A stretch of 64,000 nucleotides of DNA from a virus: positions 32,001-96,000 of the IMG/VR virus record IMGVR_UViG_3300030329_005959. The stretch is one strand, 5' to 3'. Numbering within the stretch: the stretch's first letter is position 1; each line of letters opens with the position of its first letter. The position numbers were made by a program, and so were the translations under genes. This document shows positions 49,030-57,093 of this stretch, in pieces. A model generated the notes under the pieces. The model was given only the letters and a program-made list of their open reading frames with translations. It had not been told where the DNA came from and made no database searches.

Positions 49030-49427
49030 GCTACAGCCTTAATCCTTTCTAGTTTCTTTACATCTGCTTCACAAGTTTCGGGAGTATAAATATTTATTTT
49101 TTTACTGTTTAAACTGTATATCAAAAAGGGTTGGCAGCAATTATCAGCCATTTTCACATCGAACTCGGACGCTGTTTCATCTCCTACTATATGACTGTGG
49201 AAAATAGCCACCATTCCGTAGGCATCCTTAAAGAGTAAATAATTTAAAGGATTAATTAAAAAAAGAGAAGAAGGGTCAGGTGCGATATTTTCTTCTTTTT
49301 GAATTACATATTGGTTTGAGTTGTAATCATATCCTACAAAGCCGCAAATTTCCTCTTTAAAATTTTTCTGAGAAATTTTCTTGATGTGTTCAAGCACTTG
49401 GTTTTCTTTTTTAAATCGTTCTTCCAT
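49026..49427 (-). CDS. Tail assembly protein K-like JAB/MPN protease (no NlpC domain)
   Basis: EEICGF and intact JAMM HSH-x7-S-x2-D (FHSHIVGDETASEFD); between L and I. Confidence 0.85.
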   Translation of the reverse strand: MEERFKKENQVLEHIKKISQKNFKEEICGFVGYDYNSNQYVIQKEENIAPDPSSLFLINPLNYLLFKDAYGMVAIFHSHIVGDETASEFDVKMADNCCQPFLIYSLNSKKINIYTPETCEADVKKLERIKAVA

Positions 49428-51519
49428 GGCTAAATCCATCAGTTCCTGGGAACCCTCCAAATCGGGGGTTGGAGGGAGTATAGTTATCTAATCCTACGAA
49501 AGTTGAGGAGCTATAATCTTTAGTGACCCCTGAAAAAGCTCCGCTTCCTGTTAAGTGAAACTCACCCGTATGGATATCGAGCATCCCACTATTAATAGCG
49601 GGACTCCCTGTCGTCCCGTCCCACCACGCGACCAAGCTGTCTTTGCCATACAAAAGTGGCTCTGTTCCTTCGGGCAATCCGTCACCCGTCCCCCCTGTCA
49701 ATGTGCTCATCAGCCCTATGCACTCGCTGTATAATCGTGGAACATGAGTAAAAGAATTAGTTATTTCCCATGGAGAAACGATACGCTTTCTTAAAAAACG
49801 TATTTCTTCTTCCTTTAAAGCCCTCTTCCACAACCCCCACATTCCTAGATTTCCGTTCATTGTGGTAACATGCTTAGTCCCCTCAGGCCAGTTAAAAGGA
49901 TCAACATCGGCGGTGGGGAAATATTCCACAGCTCCAAGCATAAACGTTTCTGGTAATGCTGCATAAGGTGTTCCGTCTGATTGCCAACCCTCATACCGTT
50001 GATTCCACGAAGCAAAGTTTCCTAAATTATTTTGTAAAACCTCTGCATCTATCGGCAAGAATTGCTTTACCCCATCTACAAAGAATTCTATCATTGTGGT
50101 AGCGTCATCTCCTTCTCCATTAATAAAAGGAGCTGTCCCCGTCCGATGTCTAATGATATATTGACGCCATTCTTCATTCTCTTCTCTAGCTAGTTGCGGG
50201 GCACCTAAAGCTTGAGTGCGCCAAGCTGTTTCGTTAGTGTCTGTCGGATGAAGGGTGTGCCCAATGTATTGAGCTTGGACATTGTAAGCGGGGCTTGAAC
50301 TGAGGTTAATATTAAGGAATCTCCCCGCTGGCCACACCCCATTGTCGGCTTGAGAAGTGCTAAAAACCCCCGCTCCCAACGGAGAGTTTTCATTGATGTT
50401 CGCCCACCCCACAATAGTCCAGTCACCTCTTGGATCTAACGCTCCAGTAACCTCAGGATCAGTGGTATGGAAAAGGCCGCTAAACTCTGGGGCTCCCCCT
50501 AATTGTGCCCCTGACAACTTAACACAAGGGAAAGATTCGGAGTTCTCACCCCCTGACCTAAAAAGCAATTGGTCTGCTGTGTTAAATCTCTTTCGGCACG
50601 CTGTTAACCTTTTAGTGCAACCATCTTTTTGCCAAAAACTGGGGTTTTTTTCAGGATGGTTTCCTGTGTTAAAATCTGCGACAGACACATAAACCGTCTT
50701 GAGAGGTGACCCAGCGGCATTGGGGTTTCCTCCACCATACGGGGGTAGTAAGATGGTGGGGCTTTCTACTATGACTATATCCCCTTTGCTATATCCTTTA
50801 GTTGCATTCCACCCGAGACTTTCATCAGCCAAAAAATCACTTTGGGATTGGTTTCCATCAGGATCAAGAGGGGCGTTATATTGAGGGACCACACCACTCC
50901 CACTTGAGTCTAGAAATGGTCGCCCATTTTCCATTTCCACGGGTAACCCTTGATAACGACATCCTTCCCCTCTATATTGCCAATAACAAAATCTACCTTG
51001 GACCCCTCTAGAATTAACACTAAAGTTTTCTATATCTAGGGGAGAATTCAGCTCAAACTCTACAAATATCTTAGACTCTTGAGTCTTTCTCCCCATTATC
51101 CATTCCTCATCCAACAACTCAGCTTTACTATCGGCTACACCGAATGGGTTTCCTCCGTCAAAGTTGTCATCGTCTAAAAACTTAACTTGGACCTTTTTCC
51201 TGACGGTTTTTGCGTTTTTAAAATCTTTAAAATTTTGGAGTAGATTGGTGATAATATTATTTTTATTACCAAGTCTTACTTTTGGGCGCGGCAACTTACC
51301 GTCTCCCAGCATATCAAATCCTTCGCTTTCGATAGCGATGGGCACATATTGGAGACCTTGCCATTTTATAGGGTCACTATAAATAGCCCCTCCATGAAAA
51401 CCCACAAACAAGCTGGGCTTATTAATCCTATCGGGGTAAAACTTAAATAATTCAAGGACAGCTGTAGGCTGCAAATCTAGAAGACTACTTGCTGCCTTAT
51501 TTTTTCCTTCTCCCGCCAT
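49411..51519 (-). CDS. Minor tail protein L (lambda gpL-like) with inserted LamG-like domain
   Basis: CYWQYRGEGCRY, DGCTKRLTACRKRF, terminal FGGFPG. Confidence 0.9.
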   Translation of the reverse strand: MAGEGKNKAASSLLDLQPTAVLELFKFYPDRINKPSLFVGFHGGAIYSDPIKWQGLQYVPIAIESEGFDMLGDGKLPRPKVRLGNKNNIITNLLQNFKDFKNAKTVRKKVQVKFLDDDNFDGGNPFGVADSKAELLDEEWIMGRKTQESKIFVEFELNSPLDIENFSVNSRGVQGRFCYWQYRGEGCRYQGLPVEMENGRPFLDSSGSGVVPQYNAPLDPDGNQSQSDFLADESLGWNATKGYSKGDIVIVESPTILLPPYGGGNPNAAGSPLKTVYVSVADFNTGNHPEKNPSFWQKDGCTKRLTACRKRFNTADQLLFRSGGENSESFPCVKLSGAQLGGAPEFSGLFHTTDPEVTGALDPRGDWTIVGWANINENSPLGAGVFSTSQADNGVWPAGRFLNINLSSSPAYNVQAQYIGHTLHPTDTNETAWRTQALGAPQLAREENEEWRQYIIRHRTGTAPFINGEGDDATTMIEFFVDGVKQFLPIDAEVLQNNLGNFASWNQRYEGWQSDGTPYAALPETFMLGAVEYFPTADVDPFNWPEGTKHVTTMNGNLGMWGLWKRALKEEEIRFLRKRIVSPWEITNSFTHVPRLYSECIGLMSTLTGGTGDGLPEGTEPLLYGKDSLVAWWDGTTGSPAINSGMLDIHTGEFHLTGSGAFSGVTKDYSSSTFVGLDNYTPSNPRFGGFPGTDGFSHGRTI

Positions 51520-51533
51520 ATTTTTATTTACAC
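51520..51533 (-). promoter_or_regulatory. GTGTA phage promoter motif heading the tail operon
   Basis: Minus strand GTGTAAATAAAAAT then ATG 51519 (14 nt). Confidence 0.7.
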
Positions 51534-51554
51534 TTTATTACCCTATTATATAAT
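51527..51554 (+). promoter_or_regulatory. sigma70-type promoter overlapping the divergent GTGTA motif
   Basis: TTTACA-N16-TATAAT, ATG at 51561. Confidence 0.55.
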
Positions 51555-51560
51555 AAAGAA

Positions 51561-52286
51561 ATGAAAATTAAAGACCTAAACGACGCTGCCACAGTATGGC
51601 CCTTTTTTTACGATTACTCTGTGAGGTCTAAGCCCTATAGCGGCTGTGAGTCCCCGTCTGCTATCCTGAGGAAAGAAAAAATAAAAGGTTTCTTTGAGGA
51701 TTTAGGGCACTCTTGTGAAATATACAGAGCGGAAGAAGATGGAGAGCCCTTTGGTTTCATGTTTACCAAAGTAGAGAAAGATTTCATGTATCTCAGCTTT
51801 GCTTTCGGGATTAGTTCTAGCAGTAAATTCTCCCATACAAAATGGACGGAGTGTATTTACCGTCTTTTTGACTTACTTCTAGAAAAATACAAAAAAAATT
51901 ATTTTGTAGCAGAAATAAGAAGAGAACACAAAGTGGAAGCATTTAAAAAGTGGATTGAAAAATATCAAAAAAAAGCTATACTCTTTAAAGATCCAAAAAA
52001 TACTATTGTTTGGTGTAAATCAGAACGTATGAGTGTAATATTTAAAGTTGTCGGGACAAATAAGACAACAGAACATTTGATGGGCAAAGAAGCCTCGTTA
52101 GGATATACCCGTAAAGGGCCGCGTTGTGTAGTGCGGGAGCTTCTTTTCGAAGATCAGCGTTATATTTTAGATGAAAAAAGTATTGACTTCCTTTCTGATC
52201 ATGTTTTAATCCACGGGTTGCTGTCAGACGACAAAGAAAATGTCGGAAGAATAGCGCTTAAATTTGAGCCACAAAAGATAAAATGA
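51561..52286 (+). CDS. Hypothetical protein with probable nested in-frame start at 52029
   Basis: Start moved to ATG 51561; internal GTGTA motif at 52013. Confidence 0.6.
   Translation: MKIKDLNDAATVWPFFYDYSVRSKPYSGCESPSAILRKEKIKGFFEDLGHSCEIYRAEEDGEPFGFMFTKVEKDFMYLSFAFGISSSSKFSHTKWTECIYRLFDLLLEKYKKNYFVAEIRREHKVEAFKKWIEKYQKKAILFKDPKNTIVWCKSERMSVIFKVVGTNKTTEHLMGKEASLGYTRKGPRCVVRELLFEDQRYILDEKSIDFLSDHVLIHGLLSDDKENVGRIALKFEPQKIK
52013..52028 (+). promoter_or_regulatory. Intragenic GTGTA promoter motif
   Basis: GTGTAAATCAGAACGT then in-frame ATG 52029 (16 nt). Confidence 0.55.
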
Positions 52287-52480
52287 ATTGCGTTAACTAT
52301 AGAGTATATAACCGCAAAGGACAATACCACCACTGCTACAGCCCATCTCTAGAGGGAGCTTTGGATTGGGCAATCGACTGCGCTAAAGTAGTCCACGGAT
52401 CGGTGCGAGAAGTTTATCCCGATGGAGAAGAAAAAGAGATCTTTTCAGTAAAAGAAAAAGCCAGTGCTAAAGGCAATTAA
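52283..52480 (+). CDS. Hypothetical protein
   Basis: 65-aa ORF, ATGA-coupled. Confidence 0.55.
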   Translation: MNCVNYRVYNRKGQYHHCYSPSLEGALDWAIDCAKVVHGSVREVYPDGEEKEIFSVKEKASAKGN

Positions 52481-52718
52481 ATCACTTATAAAATCTGTAG
52501 AGCTTTTTTTGACTTTAAAAAACAAAAAGTTCTATTATGACTTACACAAAGAACACAGAAAAACAGAAGATGAACTTATTAAAGAAATCGAAAAACTTAG
52601 GGATACTGGTGATAGCAATGACGCTTCCCGCGCTGACCTCTTGCGGAAACGGCTCCGTATGGAAAATGAGCAATTTGAACATTTATCAGCCTTCTACTCT
52701 AAGATTGAAGAAGAATAA
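52464..52718 (+). CDS. Coiled-coil protein, candidate i-spanin (Rz-like)
   Basis: Amphipathic N-terminus, charged helical body, overlapped by a lipoprotein gene. Confidence 0.45.
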   Translation: MLKAIKSLIKSVELFLTLKNKKFYYDLHKEHRKTEDELIKEIEKLRDTGDSNDASRADLLRKRLRMENEQFEHLSAFYSKIEEE

Positions 52719-52848
52719 CCCTGTTCATACCCAAGATGGCCTTTATACCCCTCAGACTGACGAAGTGTGGCACTCTGACGCTCGATATAGAGAACTAGAG
52801 AGAGAGGTTTACTACTTGCCACGGCATCAAATACTAGCTGACAAATAA
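52570..52848 (+). CDS. Lipoprotein, candidate o-spanin (Rz1-like)
   Basis: MNLLKKSKNLGILVIAMTLPALTS-C lipobox, +1 frame overlap with the upstream gene. Confidence 0.6.
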   Translation: MNLLKKSKNLGILVIAMTLPALTSCGNGSVWKMSNLNIYQPSTLRLKKNNPVHTQDGLYTPQTDEVWHSDARYRELEREVYYLPRHQILADK

Positions 52849-52861
52849 TCCCATTTAGGGG

Positions 52862-52889
52862 TTGACAAAGATTTTCCACTAACTAATAT
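52862..52889 (+). promoter_or_regulatory. sigma70-type promoter of the OMP gene
   Basis: TTGACA-N16-TAATAT, ATG at 52898. Confidence 0.7.
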
Positions 52890-52897
52890 ACATAAAT

Positions 52898-53587
52898 ATG
52901 AAGACACTACTGTTTAGTCTCGTAACACTGTTGGGCGTTACTCTTGGTAACGCAGGTCTTAGCGCTGTAGATCTTGCAGAAAACATTTCTGTGGACGCTA
53001 GCGTTTCTTACAGCAATCTTTCCACTAGTGGCGGCTTGGCTGTCAGGGAGGATTCTTTGGGTTACTCCGTGCTTCTTGGCACTTCGTTTGAAGGTGGGGT
53101 TGCTTCGGTCGGCGTTGATATCTACGATGCTGACGGAGGAACTGACACTGACCTTTCGATTTCTTGGGCGCGTCCAGTAACTATTCTGGGGCAATCTCTT
53201 GAAGCAGAGATTTATTTTCAGCAAATCGAATCTTCTTACGGAGGTTGGGAGGAAGCTGGTCTTGGTCTGACCTATTCTAATGAATGGGCAGATGTAACTG
53301 CTACTTTGTGGCATGAACTAGGGACCGATGCTTCTTATGGAGTTGAAATCACTGTTTCCCGTGACTTTACTGTTCCTGTAGAGAATCTTACCGTTAGTCC
53401 ATTCGTTGCTGTAAATATTGCTAACGATTATAATGCAGTAGAGGTGGGGGTTTCTGCTGATTATGATTTTGGTAACAATCTTTCTGTAGGTGCAAAAGTT
53501 TCTTATAACCACAATGATGTAGATGGATCTGCCTACTCCCTCGATAACGATTGGGTCGTAGGTGCAGGGTTTAACTACAAATTCTGA
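52898..53587 (+). CDS. Outer-membrane beta-barrel protein
   Basis: Sec signal peptide, alternating amphipathic strands, C-terminal GAGFNYKF. Confidence 0.85.
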   Translation: MKTLLFSLVTLLGVTLGNAGLSAVDLAENISVDASVSYSNLSTSGGLAVREDSLGYSVLLGTSFEGGVASVGVDIYDADGGTDTDLSISWARPVTILGQSLEAEIYFQQIESSYGGWEEAGLGLTYSNEWADVTATLWHELGTDASYGVEITVSRDFTVPVENLTVSPFVAVNIANDYNAVEVGVSADYDFGNNLSVGAKVSYNHNDVDGSAYSLDNDWVVGAGFNYKF

Positions 53588-53611
53588 TTGTAATCCCCAA
53601 CAAATAATAAG

Positions 53612-53642
53612 AAAAGCCTCCCTTTTTTGGGAGGCTTTTTTT
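53612..53642 (+). terminator. Rho-independent terminator (possibly bidirectional)
   Basis: AAAAGCCTCCC-TTTTTT-GGGAGGCTTTTTTT. Confidence 0.9.
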
Positions 53643-53649
53643 GTATTCG

Positions 53650-53665
53650 GTGTAAATAAATAAAC
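53650..53665 (+). promoter_or_regulatory. GTGTA phage promoter motif heading the lysis cassette
   Basis: GTGTAAATAAATAAAC then ATG 53666 (16 nt). Confidence 0.7.
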
Positions 53666-53983
53666 ATGGAACCCGAAAAGTCTATTTTAAAGGAGTTTCT
53701 TAACGGCGGGTGGTTGGTCCCATTAGTGGGCGCTGCGGCGATGTTAGCTAGGCTTTTGTCGGGCAACAATGAACTGTCGTGTAAACAGCAATTAAAAAGA
53801 ATATTAACGGCAGCTATAGCTGCTGGTGTTGCTTGGTTTGTCTTAGAGCAAACTGATGTTTCGTCGTTAACCAAGGCTATTACATATGGCATTATCGGTG
53901 TTGTGAGCCCCGAAGTCATATCTGGTATAGTGCGACTAGGAGAAAAGTTCGCCAAGAACCCAGAAAAATTTATTAAAAAATGA
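53666..53983 (+). CDS. Holin (three transmembrane helices)
   Basis: Three hydrophobic segments, basic C-terminus, upstream of endolysin. Confidence 0.7.
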   Translation: MEPEKSILKEFLNGGWLVPLVGAAAMLARLLSGNNELSCKQQLKRILTAAIAAGVAWFVLEQTDVSSLTKAITYGIIGVVSPEVISGIVRLGEKFAKNPEKFIKK

Positions 53984-54585
53984 GACCCAAGTTCATAGTC
54001 TATTGCCTCGCAGCTATTTGTTTAACTTTTGCTTTTAAAGGTTTGCTTCTCACTGAAGATATTGACGAAACTCTAAAGGAAAACGCTCGCCAGTCTGAGT
54101 CCTCTATTATGGAAATAGGAATGTGCTTTGATTGGTATGGAGTTATTATAGTAGATTCTGTGGTTAAAACATCTAACGGTGTTATCACACCAGCAGAAAT
54201 GGTGGAGGTTTTGGAAGAAGAGAGTGCCTATAAAGATGAGTATTTAGAAGGATACAAAAAAGATATCACTCCTCAAGAGGTGGAGTTCGCTGAATTTGTT
54301 TTCGAACAAGAAAAAAAAATAAGCGTTTATGTAGAAAGGCTTATTGCTTGGGGAAAGGGTAACGATATAGACAGTATCCGAGCTTCTATTCCTGTTATGT
54401 ATGAAATGACTGACCCCACAATTGAGGCCATTAACAACATAATGGACACAAAAATGTATTACAATGAGGAACAGTCAGCAATTCTTCACGGAAAAATAAA
54501 ACTTTACTCTGACTTTATGATTTTAGCGGTTGTTCTATCGGTTGTAATGTCAGTGTGTGCGTCACTTAGTAGGAGGTGTAGATGA
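53980..54585 (+). CDS. Two-TM membrane protein with periplasmic four-helix-bundle chemoreceptor-type sensor domain (4HB_MCP-like)
   Basis: TM-(D.Y.V.IVD...K...G..T..E, T..E, MY...DP...AI..I)-TM; no cytoplasmic signalling domain. Confidence 0.65.
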   Translation: MRPKFIVYCLAAICLTFAFKGLLLTEDIDETLKENARQSESSIMEIGMCFDWYGVIIVDSVVKTSNGVITPAEMVEVLEEESAYKDEYLEGYKKDITPQEVEFAEFVFEQEKKISVYVERLIAWGKGNDIDSIRASIPVMYEMTDPTIEAINNIMDTKMYYNEEQSAILHGKIKLYSDFMILAVVLSVVMSVCASLSRRCR

Positions 54586-55202
54586 ATTTTAAAGGTAAAA
54601 AAGAAGTAGTCAAAGCAGTCCAAAAGCTTTTGGGTGTTTCTTCTGACGGGGCAGATGGCCCTGTGACATGGAATGCTATCTTAGCTAAACTCTCCACAAA
54701 GGAAACTACAGCGCCTAAGGGGACCATTCCTGAAAAAATGGTTTCATTAGCAAGGGAAGAAATAGGAGTATCCGAAGTGGATGGCAGTAATTGTGGACCT
54801 AGAGTGGATGAATACAAAGCGGCTACATGGCTGGACGCTGATAAGGGTTGGCCTTGGTGTGCTGCCTTTATTTGTTGGTTAGTCAGGGAAGCTATGGAGG
54901 GAGAGGCCGTATCGTTTAAACGCCCTAGAACGGCGGGTGCATGGGATTTTGAAAACTGGGCTAAACAAGAATCAAATAGAGGTGTAGAATTGCGTAAGCC
55001 TACAAACGAAGATATTAAAGCTGGTGATATTGTTGTGTTTACATTCTCTCATATTGGTATCGCCGTAGCTGACGTAGACTCAAGCGGTTACGTTAAAACT
55101 ATTGAAGGTAATACCAATGGTGCTGGTAGCCGAGAGGGTGGCTCAGTCTTGGAAAAAAATAGGCACGTTTCTAAGATCAGAAGTAGGATAAGAATTCTGT
55201 AG
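54582..55202 (+). CDS. Endolysin: peptidoglycan-binding motif + CHAP amidase
   Basis: VQKLLGV..DG..GP.T, PWCAAF, HIGI, TIEGNT. Confidence 0.9.
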   Translation: MNFKGKKEVVKAVQKLLGVSSDGADGPVTWNAILAKLSTKETTAPKGTIPEKMVSLAREEIGVSEVDGSNCGPRVDEYKAATWLDADKGWPWCAAFICWLVREAMEGEAVSFKRPRTAGAWDFENWAKQESNRGVELRKPTNEDIKAGDIVVFTFSHIGIAVADVDSSGYVKTIEGNTNGAGSREGGSVLEKNRHVSKIRSRIRIL

Positions 55203-55209
55203 ATTTTTA

Positions 55210-55237
55210 TTGACACCGAGGCTCAAACCTCTACTAT
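55210..55237 (+). promoter_or_regulatory. sigma70-type promoter
   Basis: TTGACA-N16-TACTAT, ATG at 55246. Confidence 0.65.
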
Positions 55238-55245
55238 TGGTGTTG

Positions 55246-55740
55246 ATGAAAGAACAAGCGATTCAAGTCCGCAAACAAGACATCCTCAAGTATGTATTGG
55301 GGGAGTCTGGTTACCATCCTATCGAGATCTCCCTTGATGAAGAGTATCTGCTCAATGAGAGATACGAGGTTTTCGACCTCTTCATTTATGATTGTTCTTC
55401 GAAGAAAAAAATTGTTCAAGGAGTTGACTATATTAATTTCTTTAAAGAAGTTGATAAATTGAGACAGAAAATATTGAGTGGAGAACACATAAGCAAGAGA
55501 GAAATCTTCTCGATGTGCGTTGAATTGGCTGAAATCGCCCCCAAGAAAGTTTTAATTGACAACTCTCTTGATTTGTCTGATATGCCTGTGGTTGACAGTG
55601 AGGCAATTAAAAAAGTATTTGGCTTAGATAAGCCTCGACCCAAGTTCGCTGATTTTAAAATGAGCGAAGAAGATCACGCCTTGGAAGAATACGAGGCAGA
55701 AAAAAGGAAACTATTTGATGGACTTGAAGAAGATGAATAA
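55246..55740 (+). CDS. Hypothetical protein
   Basis: Start moved to ATG 55246 after the promoter. Confidence 0.6.
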   Translation: MKEQAIQVRKQDILKYVLGESGYHPIEISLDEEYLLNERYEVFDLFIYDCSSKKKIVQGVDYINFFKEVDKLRQKILSGEHISKREIFSMCVELAEIAPKKVLIDNSLDLSDMPVVDSEAIKKVFGLDKPRPKFADFKMSEEDHALEEYEAEKRKLFDGLEEDE

Positions 55741-56101
55741 ATTTTCAGAATTAGAAAGCAACGTAATCCGTTGGGCGCAAGAACGAGGCATTTTTGATCG
55801 AGGGGATGCCTTGGCTCAGTTAGACAAGACAGAGGAAGAACTTGACGAAACAATCCATGCTGTAAAAGCTCTGCGAAACTGGGAGCTTGCTATGAAGCAC
55901 GACCCCAAAAATGTTAACCCCCAAACAATAGAGTCTTTGAAGAATGAGGTCGCTGATGGCATTGGTGATATGCTGGTGACAATCATTATTGCGGCTGAAA
56001 TGCTCAACCTTGAGAGTATCGAGTGTTTGCAGTTGGCCTACGATGAGATCAAAGACAGGACGGGTAAGATGGTGGGAGGCCAGTTTGTGAAAGACAAATG
56101 A
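55733..56101 (+). CDS. MazG-like nucleotide pyrophosphohydrolase
   Basis: WA.ERGI, Q..K..EE..E, DGIGD..VT, AYDEIKDRTG. Confidence 0.85.
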   Translation: MNKFSELESNVIRWAQERGIFDRGDALAQLDKTEEELDETIHAVKALRNWELAMKHDPKNVNPQTIESLKNEVADGIGDMLVTIIIAAEMLNLESIECLQLAYDEIKDRTGKMVGGQFVKDK

Positions 56102-56238
56102 AGAAAAAACAATCATCCTCTTATCAAGAGAAAAAAAAGAAGAGTTTCAAAGGATTTAATTCTCGCAAGAAAACTTCTTTCCTGAAAGGAAGCAAACATT
56201 ACAAGAAAAAATATCGCGGTCAGGGCAGAGTCAAGTGA
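56098..56238 (+). CDS. 46-aa Lys-rich protein with YRGQG motif (below ORF-track cutoff)
   Basis: MKKKQSSSYQEKKKKSFKGFNSRKKTSFLKGSKHYKKKYRGQGRVK; overlaps both neighbours by 4 nt. Confidence 0.75.
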   Translation: MKKKQSSSYQEKKKKSFKGFNSRKKTSFLKGSKHYKKKYRGQGRVK

Positions 56239-56762
56239 ACCTAGTTAATGACATTCCTATCACTGTCGATGATTTCGATCATGTAAGCTGCATTGTAGAA
56301 ATCCCCAAGGATACTAATACAAAATACGAATATAACGAAAGATTAAATATCTTTGAGTTAGATAGGTGTTTAGTATCCTCTTTGCAATATCCAATAAACT
56401 ACGGTTTCATTACTCAAACTTTAGCGTTAGATGATGATCCTTTAGATGTTCTGATTTTCAATCATGATCCCATCGACAGGGCTAGTCTAGTCAGGTGCAG
56501 GGTGATGGGTGTGTTAGGTTTCGAAGATGGCGGTAAGATAGACAATAAGGTAATTGCCGTTCCCCATTGGTCTCCTCAAGAAAAATATTCTAAACTTGGT
56601 GATATCGAATCCGCGCATCTAAAAATATTTAGGCAGTTTTTTAAAATATATAAAATAGATCGCAACTCAGAAACTAAAGTAGGAGAGTGGAGATGCGCTA
56701 ATACTGCTTTAAAAACAGTAAAAGAGTCACATCGCAGGTGGCTCAATGGAGCTTGGAATTAA
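56235..56762 (+). CDS. ppa: Inorganic pyrophosphatase (family I)
   Basis: VEIPK...KYE, YPINYGFI, DDDPLDV, DNKVIAV, FFKIYK. Confidence 0.93.
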   Translation: MNLVNDIPITVDDFDHVSCIVEIPKDTNTKYEYNERLNIFELDRCLVSSLQYPINYGFITQTLALDDDPLDVLIFNHDPIDRASLVRCRVMGVLGFEDGGKIDNKVIAVPHWSPQEKYSKLGDIESAHLKIFRQFFKIYKIDRNSETKVGEWRCANTALKTVKESHRRWLNGAWN

Positions 56763-56787
56763 AAATTCTGTTGAAATTCTATAAAAA

Positions 56788-56800
56788 GTGTAGATAATAG
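56788..56800 (+). promoter_or_regulatory. GTGTA motif (leadered variant)
   Basis: GTGTAGATAATAG, 31 nt before ATG 56819. Confidence 0.4.
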
Positions 56801-56818
56801 TAACAACAAATAAATATC

Positions 56819-57007
56819 ATGGATGTCATTTTACAATTATTTCAGGATAACCCTTGGTTTGGCGTGGTAGCAGCTGGTATTGCCTTTGCTTCTGCTATTA
56901 CTGCTGCTACTCCTACCCCTAAAAAGGGTAGCTTTTGGGCTAAAGTTTATGGGATCATCGACTGGGCTGCTCTGAACATCGGGAAAGCCAAAGATAAGGG
57001 AGAATAA
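56819..57007 (+). CDS. Small membrane protein (holin-like)
   Basis: One TM, ASAI.A.TPTPK...ALNIGKAK. Confidence 0.6.
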   Translation: MDVILQLFQDNPWFGVVAAGIAFASAITAATPTPKKGSFWAKVYGIIDWAALNIGKAKDKGE

Positions 57008-57024
57008 ATTACTTAATCTTTCAT

Positions 57025-57058
57025 AAAAACCTCCGCCCCTTGTGGTCGGGGGTTTTTT
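57025..57058 (+). terminator. Rho-independent terminator
   Basis: AAAAACCTCCG...CGGGGGTTTTTT. Confidence 0.75.
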
Positions 57059-57093
57059 GTTGCTATAATAGAGCCAACAGATATAATAAGCGT

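Noticed and set aside
54571-54584. GTGTA before the endolysin as a promoter copy
   Set aside because: Only 6 nt from the ATG and part of an AGGAGGT Shine-Dalgarno-like sequence; spacing does not fit the class.
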